From NCBI RefSeq assembly GCF_006345805.1, contig NC_043004.1, positions 29,698,001-29,762,000 on the forward strand: a DNA stretch of 64,000 nt. Direction: 5' to 3'. Below, piece after piece: positions 12,041 through 25,725 of this stretch (its first letter is position 1; every line of letters starts with the position of its first letter). A program made the position numbers and the translations under genes. Source of the DNA: Octopus sinensis. Its lineage: Eukaryota. A model generated the notes under the pieces. The model had not been told where the DNA came from and searched no databases. It saw nothing but the letters and a program-made list of their open reading frames with translations.

Positions 12041-12635
12041 TTAACCCTCCAGCACTCAGATTATTCTATCAAAAGTAATGCTTATTTATTCATATTGTTT
12101 TCAATTAATCATGCAATATCTGATAGCTTCAAGATTTTGACAATATCATCATTATCATCAGCATGGATTGGATGTTTGACTGAAAACTGGTAAGCTGGGG
12201 AGCTGCACCAGGTTCCAATTTGATTTGGCAAAGTTTCTACAGCTGGATGCCCTTCCTAATGCCAACCACTCCAGTAGTGTAGTGGGTACTTTTTATGTCC
12301 CACCAGCACTTTTGCCATTGACGTGACACTGGCATTTGCCACAAGTACGATCTCACTTGGTTTGACAGGTATACATACACAAGCACGGTATATTGCCAAA
12401 GGTCTTGGTCACCTGTCATTGCCTCCTTGAAGTCCAATACTCGAACGGTGCTTTTTATGTTCCACCAGTATGGGTGCCAATTAGATGGCACTGGCATCAG
12501 CCATGACTACAATTTCACTTGGCTTAACTTCAAATGAAATTATAGGGTAGAAGTCAGAGGCCAGATTTGGTCAGTTTGAACATAAAACAAGTAGAATTTT
12601 GCCAGATATGGCAGATTTGAATACTAAACTGTAAA
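12041..12635. mobile_element. piggyBac-type (TTAA) MITE interrupted by a (GAT)n-tailed repeat at about 12150-12530
   Basis: Starts ttaaccct...cagattattct; both flanks match the intact copy at 28080-28300. Confidence 0.7.
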
Positions 12636-13184
12636 ACCAGCTTACACTTGTTAGCTCTCTGTTGTTCTGAGTTGGCCAGTTTTGTATCCCTTTCACTCGG
12701 GTATTCTTAACTCACTTTTTTCTCTTCATTTCATTACCCTTATTGTGTCTGAACCTTTTTTTTTTCTTTGAATATCAGTCTCCTGGTGTTTCCTCTCTGC
12801 ATATATCTTTTCTGCAGTAATTTAAGTTGGACACCGACTGCATTGATTCCCTGTTGTTGGAGAACCTTTGAAAGCTACGTAGACTGGTCTTTCTTCATGA
12901 CCAACCTAAAAAAAGAAAGACTTAGAGTGCATTTGAACCCATGATTCAGTACAAAAATTTATGTACACAATGGTGAATCTGTAATTGATTAACTGTTCAG
13001 CATAAAAGTAATTTTTTAAAATTTTAAATATTGATTTGGGAGAGAGAGAGAGAGAGAGAGAGAGATATGGTGAGTACATTTCTAGAATGAATCTAGCATA
13101 TCAACATTGGAAACTAGTATTGATTTTGAAACTAAATATTGATTTTGTTTTACTTAGCTAACCTCAAATTAGTAGAAGAGAAAA

Positions 13185-13232
<48 letters not shown>

Positions 13233-15124
13233 GGAGTGTGTGCGTGTGTGTGTAGGATGAACTATTCCTAATTAATGATTGGTGTTGATTGTTGTTTGAT
13301 ATTGTTAAAAGAAGAGAGTTAAGTATTTGTAAAGGTGTAATTGATAATTCCTCTCTGAAATCTAAAAATATTTTATTTTGTTTTCAATACTACAAGTGAT
13401 ACTTGAGACAACAATGGTCCCAGGGGAATACATACAAGAAAGAAATTCTCTGGTGAACTGCAGTGTTGTATTTATGTGTATACTTGAGTGTTGGGTTGAT
13501 TTGCAGTGTGTGTGTGCACGTGCATGGGTGAAGGTAAACTGATCCCAGTTTGATCCTGCCTGACTGAACTTCTTTCTCCCTTAGACCCTCATCTCTCTTA
13601 CCATCTCAGACTTTTGGTACTCCTTAACCACATTACAATCATTCCACCCAGATTACCATTGGAATTTACACATCTCGAACTTTTTATCATGGATCTTACT
13701 GTATATTATTGGTGATAATAGTTACTTTTATAAGGGTCAGAGAAGTGTGTGTATGCTAACTTGGTATAGCTGGTTGTTGTCATCACAAACTACTTTTTGA
13801 CAGTTGCCATACTTGCTGTGTTGTATTAAGGTGTTTGCAGCAGATGACATCTAAGGCTCATCTCAGGTATGTTCTCTTGAAAGCTAAGTACCAACTAACT
13901 AGCAGTCAGTCTTTGTGTATCTACAATATGATAATTTTTACTACTTTTTACTAGTCCTTAGAAAGGTGACTTGTGAATGGTAGTGCACAGGGGTCAGGAG
14001 GACACATTTGATTGGTTGATCAAGACCAAACAAATAAACTTTGAGTTGCTGGCCTAAAGAAACTACAACAATTTAAATGCAAGTTGGTGCAACCTGAGAA
14101 CCAAGAGTTCAGAACTCAAATCTTAACTAGACTTCCCATTATAATTATTCATAGAAGGAAGAATTACAAAGCCAGCTTTACAGGATTTGGCCTCACTTTA
14201 AAGGAACTGAGTGGAAAACATTTCATCTCATTCTCTATTTTGGCCAGATCACTTCTCTATGTGTCTAAATGTACAATTATCACAGTAAAATTGAATTTCA
14301 AATAAGATTCATCATTTCTCATTTTCTTTTTTTTTCATTTTTTGGAGGCATTGTAGAAAACGATAAAATTCAGTAAACCAATTTAATATAACTACATTGT
14401 ATATTTATTTCGCATTTATCATATACTACAAGTGTGCATTTATGCTTTATTGTAGCCAGTTTTTGGGTGTACTAATTAACAATAAAGCTTACCTCTCACA
14501 ATTAGTTGTGGAAGAAATCCAAAGCTTATGTGGATGTTGTTTTTTCATAGATAAACCTCTGTGAATTGATAACTGTTGAGAAGACTGTTCTGTCACAACA
14601 CATTGCCATGAAAAACAGCCATGCCTTACAAAGCCCAGCCAACATGCAGGATGAGAATGGATGTCTGTCAAAGGGCAAGGTCATGTGGGAATATGCACCA
14701 GTGAGGATATGTGGGAATATGCACCAGTGGCAAGAGTGATTAGCAAATGAGTGTGTAGGAGTGGCCTGGGTTTTTGAAGTCAATGACAAAAAAAGATGAT
14801 AGCATGTGAAATATTGGAAGTCCTGAAATTTTTTAACTTAACTGTCTCAAGCCACCTGTTTTCATGATACTTCAGTGTCCCTTTGTGGCTCCCTAGGAGA
14901 CTGCAGACCCCAGTTTGAGAACCACTGGTCTTGTGGAACCACTTTATGGTGACATAAAAGAGGAAAACATTGTCACACTTACATCAACAACTTGATTGCA
15001 GACACTGACCTAAAATGTATCCAAACCATTCAGGCAGTGATGAAAGACCAAGAAGTGTGACAGGTAGACTTTCTTGCTGTGGGCCTGGGTAGGAACCTAG
15101 CCATGATAATAATAATGATATAGC

Positions 15125-15150
15125 AGCTGCTGCTGCTGCTACTACTGCTT

Positions 15151-15223
<73 letters not shown>

Positions 15224-15253
15224 CACCACCATCACTACTACCACCACACCACC

Positions 15254-15285
<32 letters not shown>

Positions 15286-15295
15286 CTCCACCACA
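15125..15295. repeat. (CTA)n/(CCA)n trinucleotide microsatellite
   Basis: Direct reading; it explains the poly-Val ORF at 14984-15247. Confidence 0.95.
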
Positions 15296-17134
15296 TCAAC
15301 TATTCAACCAGTTGACCAATGCCCCATTAATATGGCTCATAGTACTAATTTGAAATGTACAGAGGCGTTTTTATTGTTCTTTATTATCTAAATTGTCTTC
15401 AAAATATTTTTAATGTCTTTTATTTTTTTCTTTTAAATTTCTTCCAGTTCCAAATCCCACAAGACATTTGAAATCAGAAATTTCTGTTAGAAATAAAAGA
15501 ATATTACTATTTTCTCTGAGACTAATAACCCATTCATTCGGCATAAGAATGTGGCTAGCTAAACTGACTTCAGTTTGTGACACATATATATGGACCAAAG
15601 CAGACAGTAATTATGGGATGGTTCCGATGTACAATGTTAATTGATATGTTGGTGAGAGAGTCAACACTTAGAACCTTTTTCTTCTTCTTTGATACTATTG
15701 TAATAACAGGTATAATGTTAGCAGCAACACTTGAGTAAAGTTTCTTACTGCTATTAAAGGAATTGTGACTGTTGTTGTTACTGTTATTGTTATAGGAGAG
15801 GGTGGAGAAACTAGCAAGAGAAAAGGTATGTGAAATGGAAATTTTTAAAGAAAAAAACAAACTAGATTGTTATTAGAGAAATGTGCTTTAGCAGACAGGT
15901 GGTAATAAACTTCCGTCAGATCCTCCCAGATACCTGTATGTGTTGTTTGGTCTGGAATTACAACAGCTGACTCTACTTCAGTACATGTAGTTTGGAGTTG
16001 TTTAACTCAACTTATTCTCACTAATGTATAGGTACTGACAAATAATTTATGTTAATGAAGCTATTGAATACCAACTCGTTTAACAAATATATTTACAAAC
16101 CAATGAAAGAGCCTGTGCATTAGTCATTTGATATGCTAGAATTAGCAACCAAATCATTCTCTTTAATCATAGATCTGCTCTCAGTCAGTATTGATCTGGG
16201 ACTAAACAACAACATCAACATTCTTTTTTTTATATACAAAAATACAATCACCATATTTTTCAATTTAAACTGAATTTTCAAAGATAAATTTTCAATGTTT
16301 TTGTTTTAATTTTCAAAATAATGAACAATGGTATGCCAGACAAATTACCCCTCTTTCTCCCACTTCCTTAATGCTGCAACTGCCACCACTACTATCACCA
16401 ACACCAACACTATCTCCTCCTAACACCCCACCATCACCAACATTATCATCATCATTTTTTCCTATTTTCATACATTAATGGGTTGGACTGATCCTTCTCA
16501 ATACAGTGTCTTGCCATTTGTTGCAGTCTTTATTTATCTCTTTTATGAAGTTCAGATACTCTGACATCAGCCTTCACCTCTTCTTCTATGCTCTTTAGTC
16601 TTCTTCCATAGATTCCATCCACTTAGATCAGCCGACATCCTCCATATGTATCACATGTCTGCCCAGGTGCAGTCACCTCTCTCAGATTTACCATCTGTTG
16701 CTTTAATTCCTTGTTTTCATCTCAGTCCATTTCGGCTCTCTTATTCATACACACTAACATACATTCAGAAGATCTTAATAATCTCTTTTATTTCCAGCTT
16801 TTGCATTCAATACCCATGTTTTGCAACCATGCAGCAGTATTACACTCCACTCTCCAGCATTACACTCTAGCTTTGCCTTTCCTCCTTTCAAGGTCGATAA
16901 AATTAGTACCAGTTACATACTGGGGTCGATTTAATCAACTTAATCCCTTCCTCCCAAATTTCAGGCCTTGTGCTTACAGTAGAAAGGATTTATTAAAGTT
17001 GAAAAAGTGTGACACACTGACACACTGACATTCACATTTATTACATTAGATATGTTTAATTTTGGAGAAACTTTATTTCACTTAAAGTGTATTTTATATA
17101 TATGTGTGTGTGTGTGCACGCACGTGCACATGTG

Positions 17135-17214
<80 letters not shown>

Positions 17215-17879
17215 TGTATGTATGTATGTATGTATGTATGTATATTATATATATATATGTATGTATATTTATATATATATATATAAAGAAAGCAAAAAAT
17301 AAAACAAAAATGATAGTGTTCAGTATGTTGGTGACAGGAATTTCTGTGAAAGAGACATGGTTAAACAAAGTTGTACATCATCTCCCTCTTTCTTTCACAT
17401 ACCCACTCTTTCTCTCTCTTTTATTATTGCTCCCACTACCACCATCAACACTACTGCTTTTAATAAAGCATCATCAACTCTCCCTAAATTTCTTTGTCTC
17501 TCATTCTCTCCCTCTTTTTCTTTCTTTCTCTGTCTTCACCACCGTCCTCACTGTCTCTATGCCTATTATTACTCTCACCCCCACCGTTATGAGGAATAGT
17601 AAGAGTGGGGGTCTAAGTGTGACATGCAAAAATTAGTTTTTGCATTTATATATTAGATAACTCTTTTGTTCTTTTTATGATTTGATTCATCAGCTTTATG
17701 TCTCTAGTTGCTTCTTTCTAGAATAATAGTGATGATACAGCTACACAAGTCATTAGGTATGACCCCTTACAGTACTCCCTAATGGATCATGCAACTGATT
17801 AACATGTGTCCTTAGCTTCAATCTCTGGTGGTCCACTTGTTTTTCCCCACCCTCGTATTCTTAATGACTATTCCAATAT

Positions 17880-18160
17880 ACAGCTGTTAACATATGTAGC
17901 TGAAGCTCTTCTTTTGGGTTTGCCTCTACCCAGAATTCTTCACTGTACTCGTTGCCAACGCTCACCTTACTGACAGCGTCCCTGTACATGGCTTGCACAG
18001 CTCTCACTAACCATTCATCTATCTCTAGTTTCCTCATTGACCACAAGATAAGAGATCAGGGGACCCTGTCAAAGGCTTTCTCCATGTCAACAAAAGCCAG
18101 GGACAGAGGTTTATCTTTGGTTAGGTATTTCTCCTGCAGCTGTCTTACCAGAAATGTAGC
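17880..18160 (-). mobile_element. RTE-clade LINE reverse transcriptase fragment
   Basis: FVDMEKAFDRVP...WSMRKLEIDEWLVRAVQAMYRDAVSKVSVGNEYSEEF. Confidence 0.85.
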
Positions 18161-18724
18161 ACATTCTTCCCTTCCGGCAACTTTCTGTAACTAATTATTG
18201 CAGTCATAGACTGTCAGACTTACTGTCGTGCAGTTATTAAATACTTCCTGAATTCCTATTGTGCCAAAGTGGACTTCGTCTTTCACTCCTGCATGCTGTG
18301 TAGCCCTAGGTCAGCTTTCATCAAACAGACTTATGATTAAAAGCTTTCCAATCATGACCATTTCATCTTTCATTTTAGGCATAGCATATCTATGTCATTA
18401 GGATGTGATTTGAGGGAGACTTGTCTGCTATTTTTAGCAGGCTGATTAACTACATAGATGCACCCTTATTAATATGTCAACTAATGCTTTCCTAAAACAC
18501 CTTAGTATCCCTACATTCAATTTTAACAGTTCCTATGGCTGTGAATCAATAGTAACAGAGAGTAGATCCCTTCCCTCCTCATACACTGGTCTTGTAACTT
18601 GTCAAAATATATTTCTATTCAGGGCAAGTGTCCAACACAATAAAATAATTGACTAAATAATTTACTTTATTTACTTTTTTTATTCTCATACTTACATACT
18701 TACATCTATACATATATATACATA

Positions 18725-19135
18725 TGCACAGGATGTCATGAAACGTGTACAAAAAAAAAAAAATACGAAGCACGAATACGTGGAACATGAAATATTCTTT
18801 TCAACAACGAAAGACACAAATGGAAAACAAAACAAACAATATAAAGAACGACCCTTCATCAGTTGTTGGCTGTTTTTCTAGTCTCATATTTCAAGCATTT
18901 AACAACAATATACGCTTTCAATAAAACAGTTGCTTCCGCAATGCAAATTAAATAAAATTTGGGATTTTGTGGAGGGTCAAAATTGGTAACACAAGCAGGA
19001 CAGTGAAACAGGAAAGGCTGCTAAGCCTAAACGAAGTTGTGGTGGTGAATGGGTAAATAAAGCTAGGACAGAAGACAAACAAAAACACATCTTCCTTGTT
19101 CCAGCTACAATGGAGAGAAAGAAAGAAAAATGGCT
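18725..19135 (-). mobile_element. Probable Penelope-like terminal repeat fragment
   Basis: Flanked by (TA)/(CA) tracts. Contains cagccaacaaCTGATGAaggg on the minus strand near 18850-18872, without a complete hammerhead topology. Confidence 0.45.
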
Positions 19136-19182
19136 GATATATATATGTGTGTGTGTGTGTGTATGTATGTATATATATATAT

Positions 19183-19235
<53 letters not shown>

Positions 19236-19237
<2 letters not shown>

Positions 19238-19550
19238 CGTGCCGGTGACACGTAAAAAGCACTGTCCGAACGTGGAAGATGCCAGCGCCGCCTGACTGGC
19301 GTCCGTGTCGGTGACACTTAAAAGCACCAACCGATTGTGGCCGTTTGCCAGCCTTCTCTGGCCCCTGTGCTGGTGGCATGTAAAAAGCACCCACTACACT
19401 CATAGAGAGGTAGGCGTTAGGAAGGGCATCAAGCTGTAGAAACACTGCCAAATCAGACTGGTGCCTGGTGCAGCCCCCATGGCTTACCAGACCCCAGTCG
19501 AACCGTCCAACCCATTGTAGCATGGAAAATGGACGTTAAATGATGATGAT
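19236..19550 (+). mobile_element. (GAT)n-tailed SINE-like repeat
   Basis: ggtgacacgtaaaaagcac...ggaagggcatc...ccaacccattgtagcatggaaaatggacgttaaatgatgatg. Confidence 0.85.
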
Positions 19551-19569
19551 ATATGTATGTATGTATATA

Positions 19570-19720
19570 TAGTTGAAAAAATCAAAAGATGAAGACAGGT
19601 GTACGAACAACAAGCAGGTGTTTAAGTTTGACTCTCAGGAAAATGTAAAAGTCTTTTACATTTCGAGCTTACGCTCTTCAGCAGAAAGGAATAAGAGAAA
19701 ATAAACAGAGAGAATGAAAA
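19570..19720 (-). mobile_element. Short Penelope-like element with a variant hammerhead core
   Basis: Minus strand CUGCUGA-A-GAGC(GUAA)GCUC-GAAA-UGUAAAAGACUUUUACA-UU. The segment aaaagatgaagacagg recurs at about 5020-5040. Confidence 0.55.
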
Positions 19721-19725
19721 ACATA

Positions 19726-19905
19726 GGCATAGGAGTGGCTGTGTGGTAAGTAGCTTGCTTACTAACCACATGGTTCTGGGTTCAGTCCAATTGTATGGAA
19801 CCTTGGGCAAGTGTCTTCTGCTATAGCCTCGGGCTGACCAAAGCCTTGAGAGTGGATTTGGTAGACGGAAACTGAAAAAGCCTGTCGTATATATGTATAT
19901 ATATG

Positions 19906-19962
<57 letters not shown>

Positions 19963-20170
19963 GCATTTGTGTGTCTGTGTTTGTCCCCCCAACATCGCTT
20001 GACAACCGATGCTGGTGTGTTTATGTCCCCCATAACTTAGCGGTTCAGCAAAAGAGACCGATAGAATAAGTACTAGGCTTACAAAGAATAAGTCCTGGGG
20101 TTGATTTGCTCGACTAAAAAGGCGGTGCTCCAGCATGGCCACAGTCAAATAACTGAAACAAGTAAAGAGT
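19726..20170 (+). mobile_element. Full-length CORE-type tRNA-derived SINE
   Basis: gtggctgtgtggtaag A-box-like, gggttcagtcc B-box-like, accttgggcaagtgtctt CORE motif, internal (TA)n, tail ctgaaacaagtaaagag. Confidence 0.9.
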
Positions 20171-20295
20171 AGGAGTATGAAAGTTCAAAAAGTTCAAAAG
20201 TCGTGGAGAGAAAACAAAAGGAGAAAAGAAGAGAAGAGAAGAGAAGAGATGGAATATGAAAGTTCAGAAAGTTCAAAAAAGTTCAGAGGTCATGG

Positions 20296-20345
<50 letters not shown>

Positions 20346-20348
20346 ATG

Positions 20349-20395
<47 letters not shown>

Positions 20396-20899
20396 CAAGA
20401 AAAGAAGTTGAAAATACGCTTTAAGAATGTTTTATTTTTCAACTAGCTGGCCACGTGCCATCAAAAATGACAATTTATTGTAGTATTTTATATATAGATA
20501 AGGTACGTAATAATGATAGATGCAAACATTCACATATTTCCCTTGTAAATGCATACACATACACTCATATACTCAAACTGAGTTGAAATGCTGTTTGATC
20601 TTTTTTTTACAGCGTTGAACGTTCACCATCCCACTTCCATTGCACACACACACACACACACATTCCCATGCCTTCCTTTTACATACACACACATATACTC
20701 ACAGTGTTGAATCACTGATTTTTTATCACCCCTTCCTTCATTATTCATCTATTACCTCTTCCTTTCTCTCATTGCTATTACTTTCTCTCACCCTCTCTCA
20801 GTCAGGGTTATTACTCTCACTACTTCTCCTTCACTGAATTACTATTTTCTATCCTCTCCCTTCACTTATACTACTCTTTCTCCTACTCCATGATTTTGG

Positions 20900-20940
<41 letters not shown>

Positions 20941-20945
<5 letters not shown>

Positions 20946-21357
20946 ATAAATATTAGGGAATAAATCCAAACTTACAGGGAAAAATCAGATTTAGGATTGA
21001 ATCCAATTTTATAGTAAAATATATTAAATTAGAGACAAAACCACTATTAGGCAAATCAAACAATGAAAAACTTAAGCCAATACATAAGATTATTTAATTT
21101 AATTTATATTATTTAAATATATAACAAAATTATTTAAACCTCGCCAAGATAAATATTTAAACCACCTGATGAATGACTGTGACTCGAAAATTTGAAGAAG
21201 TTAGCAGCCATGAAATGATCGTAGTGTGATATTAATTATATTTTTTTAATAATTTTGTTATATATTTAAATAATATAAATTAAATAATCTTATGTATTGG
21301 CTTAAGTTTTTTATTGTTTGATTTGCCTAATAGTGGTTTTGTCTCTAATTTAATATA
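20941..21357. mobile_element. Fold-back element: ~115-bp inverted arms, hammerhead in the spacer, ~80-bp one-sided tail, inside (TA)n
   Basis: Arms 21020-21138 and 21243-21357 are near-perfect reverse complements. (TA)n lies on both sides. Confidence 0.85.
21163..21226 (+). ncRNA. Type I hammerhead ribozyme motif (minimal stems I and III, extended stem II)
   Basis: Stem I CAC (21163-65)/GUG (21224-26); CUGAUGA 21166-72; stem II AUGACUG...CAGCCAU; GAAA 21212-15; stem III A-UGAUCG-U; GUA cleavage triplet, cut after 21223. Confidence 0.8.
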
Positions 21358-21614
21358 ATATATATATATATATATATATAAATATATAAATATATATATA
21401 TATACATACAAATATATAAAAACACTACGCTCATTATTATATTGGGAGATTATTTGACCAGTTTTGTAGTTTCATAAAATTGTGAAACAAGTTGAAGTAA
21501 TTGTAACTACATTTTTTTAAAGTACATTTTCCATTTCTTTACTTTCTTTATATTTCTATTAATGCGGAGAAAATGTTATTCTCTTGTGTTCGTGTATGAT
21601 GTGTGTGTGTGTGT

Positions 21615-22100
21615 GACTTAGTGGCTAGGGTGTTACATTCATGACTATAAGATTGTGGTTTCAATTCCTGGACCAGGCAATGCATTGTGTTCTTGAGAAA
21701 AACACTTCATTTCATGTTGCTCCAGTTCACACAGCTGCCAAAAATGCATAATCCTGCAACAGACTGGCATCTCACCTGGTGGGAGAATATATATATATAT
21801 ATATCACCGTGATCACTGTGACCGACCAGGCTATCAGATGTTGTTACACATCGGTTGTCACAATGCGCTTCGCATTGTTTTAGCCTTCAAATGACGCCAC
21901 CCCGCTGGCTAAGCGAGCAGGCCAACAGAAGAAAGAGTGAGAGAAAGTTGTGGCGAAAGAGTACAGCAGGGATCACCACCACCCCCTGCCGGAGCCTTGT
22001 GGAGTTTTAGGTGTTTTCGCTCAATAAACACTCACAACACCCGGTCTGGGAATTGAAACCGCGAGTCCGCTGCCCTAACCACTAGGCCATTGCGCCTCCA
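21615..22100. mobile_element. Two tRNA-derived SINEs (+ 21615-21790; - 21806-22100)
   Basis: Heads gtgacttagtggctaggg...ggtttcaattcc and, on the minus strand, ggaggcgcaatggcctagtggttagggcagcggactc. Confidence 0.8.
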
Positions 22101-22768
22101 CACACACACATATATATCTGGCAACACATGATAATTGTAAAAGGATCGTCACAGTCATACAAGTAATGCCATTCATTTCCACTATTCTGCAAAAACATTT
22201 GGCTGTGGCAAAATATTACCTTGCTTGGAAACAAGTGAGGGTTGATGGTGTGAAAGGTATCTGGCTATAGAAAGTCTGTCTCACTAATCTCTGTCTGACC
22301 CATGCAAGCATGGAAAAATGAACGATGGATGTTAAAATGATGATGATGATGATGGTGATAGATATAACAATTTCAAAAAAAAAAATTATCCATTCACAAC
22401 AACATACACAGTTGAATACCTGGCTGAAGTATTCTGTTGTCTATATTTGTCTTTTCTATTACGATAACCACACACCACACCTATTTCTCTTTTGAACATG
22501 TCAACTTTGTCTACATCTATTTGATATGCTCACTTTCCATCTCTTACTGTATTTTCCTTCCCCCAAAACCTTTAACTTATTATCCTGTCCCCAATTTAAC
22601 ATTGGTCATATTTTCTGTTGAAACAAAACTACACAATCTTAAACTTAGCTGCAGCCATATAATCCCCACCAAGCTATTTCTGTGCCATCAGTCTATGACA
22701 AAGGATGCTGCCTAAAACATTAGATTCTACCTCTTCCTCAAGGCAAACCTTGATTGGTTGATTTAATC

Positions 22769-23000
22769 CAGTAGTTTTCAACCACTTTTTGCCTATGGAC
22801 CCTTTTGATTCCTGTTTATAGCCATTCCTTGTTTCAAAAAATCCCATTATATTTTTGTAATTATTTGGAATTGTATAAGAAAATTTGTTAAGATATTTTG
22901 TGTATTATAGAAGTATAATCAATCTATTGCACATAAACTTTAACAACAGAATCTTATATGGACACCTAAGGGTCATATGGACTCCAGTTGAGGACCACTG
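22769..23000. mobile_element. hAT-type MITE
   Basis: TIRs CAGTAGTTTTCAAC / GTTGAGGACCACTG; degenerate 8-bp flanks atttaatc / actgaaac. Confidence 0.75.
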
Positions 23001-23769
23001 ACTGAAACCATAGCTCAGTTTAACACCCCGACCTGGTTCTTAGGTGCTTTTACAAAAGACTGGGTTTCTCAACCAGAGGTTAACTTCCCAGCAGTGTCAT
23101 AGACTCTGAATAAGAAAAGATTAAGGACACGCCCTTCCTTTTCTGATAAAATGATGAAAAATTAAACTAATGATAATTACTTTCTAACATATCTTTTATA
23201 ATTAACCAAGTGTTAATAATTTCTTTAAGTGAGGAGGGTCGTGGACGGTAGAATTAGTTACAGACCTTTTTGTTGTGAGATGAAATTGTGCTTTGATTGA
23301 CTTTACCACTTCTGTACCAGTACCAGTTAAATACTGTGATGATCGTCCCCCAAATGTGTCGCCTTGTCACAATAAATAACGTAATGTACAAGAGAAAGGT
23401 GATAAAAATCCAGCGATAATTTAATAAGGATTTTTTTCCTCCAACTAATCTGTAATTTTTAATTCATTGAGAATTATGATCTACATCGTCCTTAATTCAT
23501 GTCTTGAGTTATTTCCCTTATTCATTTATTTATTTAAAATCAGAATTCCATTAATAAAGGTAAGTGCGAGGGGAGATAACTAAGTTTTAACCATGTTTTC
23601 GCTTTGCCAATTATTGGCAGACTGCTTTCGAATGAACCTTATTAGTTTATTCACCAAATACAAACGTGTGTATAGTTGTAAGATACCCGAAGGGGTTGGA
23701 AATGAAAGTTAGATGCTTTTCTGCCTCTTCTTTGTCTCCCGTCCCCCTCTGCTCTACGAAGAGTGGACT

Positions 23770-24036
23770 GGATCCTGTGCAGGTAGCATGTAAAAAGCAC
23801 CATTTGAGCGTGTCCATTGTCAGTACTGCCCGACTGGCCCTCATGCTGGTGGCACGTAAAAGCACCCACTACACTCTCGGAGTGGTTGGCATTAGGAAGA
23901 GCATCCAGCTGTAGAAACTCTGCCAGATCAGATTGGAGCCTGGTGCAGCCATTTGGTTCGCCAGACCTCAGTCAAATCATCCAACCCATGCTAGCACGAA
24001 AAGTGGACGTTAAACGATGATGATGATGATGATGAT
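23770..24036 (+). mobile_element. (GAT)n-tailed SINE-like repeat
   Basis: Same family as 10870-11140. Confidence 0.85.
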
Positions 24037-25576
24037 TAATATATTTTGACATCTATTTTGCTGTATCAATAACATACATGAAGAGATTGTTGAAAATTTA
24101 GAACTTTGTATATCATTGGAGCAATGACCTTTGTTCTCCACTCTTCAAAGCATTCAACCATCAGGTAGGAAAAGAAACTAATGTTCAACAAAAAAAGCCA
24201 AGTAGAGTTGATATTTTTTTTTCTTGGGAAACATTAGCAATATGATTTAGTCCCCACATACATCAGGCTCTAAGATGCTCCAGTCACAACTGTCTAACTG
24301 CATTGACTGTCTTTCTTGCTTGTTTTTAATGCAGTAGAATTTGAGATTAAGCTCCTATTTCTCTCATTGAGTAGACCAATGTTAAAAGACATTCCTAACT
24401 TTTTCAGTAATACTATATCCAATGTGACCTTTTTCTGAATGGGGATTTGACTGCTATTTCTAGCAGGCTCAAGTGTCACACAAGCAATAATACCGTGATG
24501 CCTAGTTTAGCAGATCTTTGATCAAAATCCATTCTAGCCATGGCCATTCAGTCTTTGTTGTTATAGACATCTACAAATTCATTATCCAATGAATTTGGTT
24601 GTTATTTCATCAAGTTGCAGTGATCCTTGTTGGTTGATGAGAAAACAAATTATTCAGTTCAAAACAATAATGTTGAACTTTATTTTTTATGTTTTAATAT
24701 CTATTTTTCTGTTAGAATAAGTTAGACAGGGAGTTATTTGAGTTAAGATCTTTTGGCCAATGCTCTTCTTGGCAACAACGTTTGTTTGTATTTCAAATAA
24801 GAGATATTTTATTCAACAAGTCTTCCAAAATGTAGAACAGCTGGTCATATCAATAAGGAATGTAGACATCATATCACCATTTCACTCACGAGAAGCCATG
24901 AGGTGTCAGCATTCACATACATTTGCATGTGCACACACACAATCATCATTGGTTAATGTTCCATTTTCCTTCTCTTAGGTGAGCAGCTAAAGAGCTTCAT
25001 CTGTCCTTGGGTCTGTCGGAGTTTCTGTCAGTGACCTTCTTCCAGAGGCAATTACATAACATGCTACCTGAGAACAATTTCCATCTACCAAAGTCAGTCG
25101 CAGCGAAACGGCCAGTCTGGGATTATAGCAGAAAATAGTTGCATAGTGGAACTAAACCTAAACAACATGATTATGAAGTGAACTTCTTAACCATACCAGC
25201 CATGCCATAAGTGGAATTATTACTGATTAAACTCATACCAACCAGCCTGACACCACCTCAAAACTGACTGTTTTACTATATTTGGATGGAAACAGAAATC
25301 TCTCATAATTTTATGTTCCCAGTTACCAACTTAATAATGTAAAATTTAGCAAATACCTGATTATTTTCAAATTTCTTGAAACCCAGTCACAAAAGGGTTA
25401 ACAAGATTTTAAGACATTGTTTTTATCTTTTGATTGTATATAGTGTGGTGTGTGGTAGTATTTGGAACTTGATGCATTTAAGAAAACCACGTAAAGATCA
25501 GCAACAAGTTCAGAGATGAGGTATATATATAGATGGGGGAAAAGGTTCACAAGAGATCTGTTCTCAACTTCCTTTT

Positions 25577-25725
25577 GATTACATCGACTCCAGTGCGAAA
25601 CTGGTACTTTCAGGTTTGATAAATAAAGTACCAGTTTCGCACTGGGGTCGATGTAATCGACTTAATCCCTTTGTCTGTCCTTGTTTGTCCCCCCTCTGTT
25701 TAGCCCCTTGTGGGCAGTAAATAAA
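25577..25725 (+). mobile_element. 5'-truncated SINE with an inverted 5' duplication
   Basis: 25577-25610 is the reverse complement of 25625-25658; the body matches the 3' half of 2443-2668. Confidence 0.85.

Noticed and set aside
14984-15247. Poly-Val ORF
   Set aside because: Reverse translation of the (CTA)n/(CCA)n repeat.
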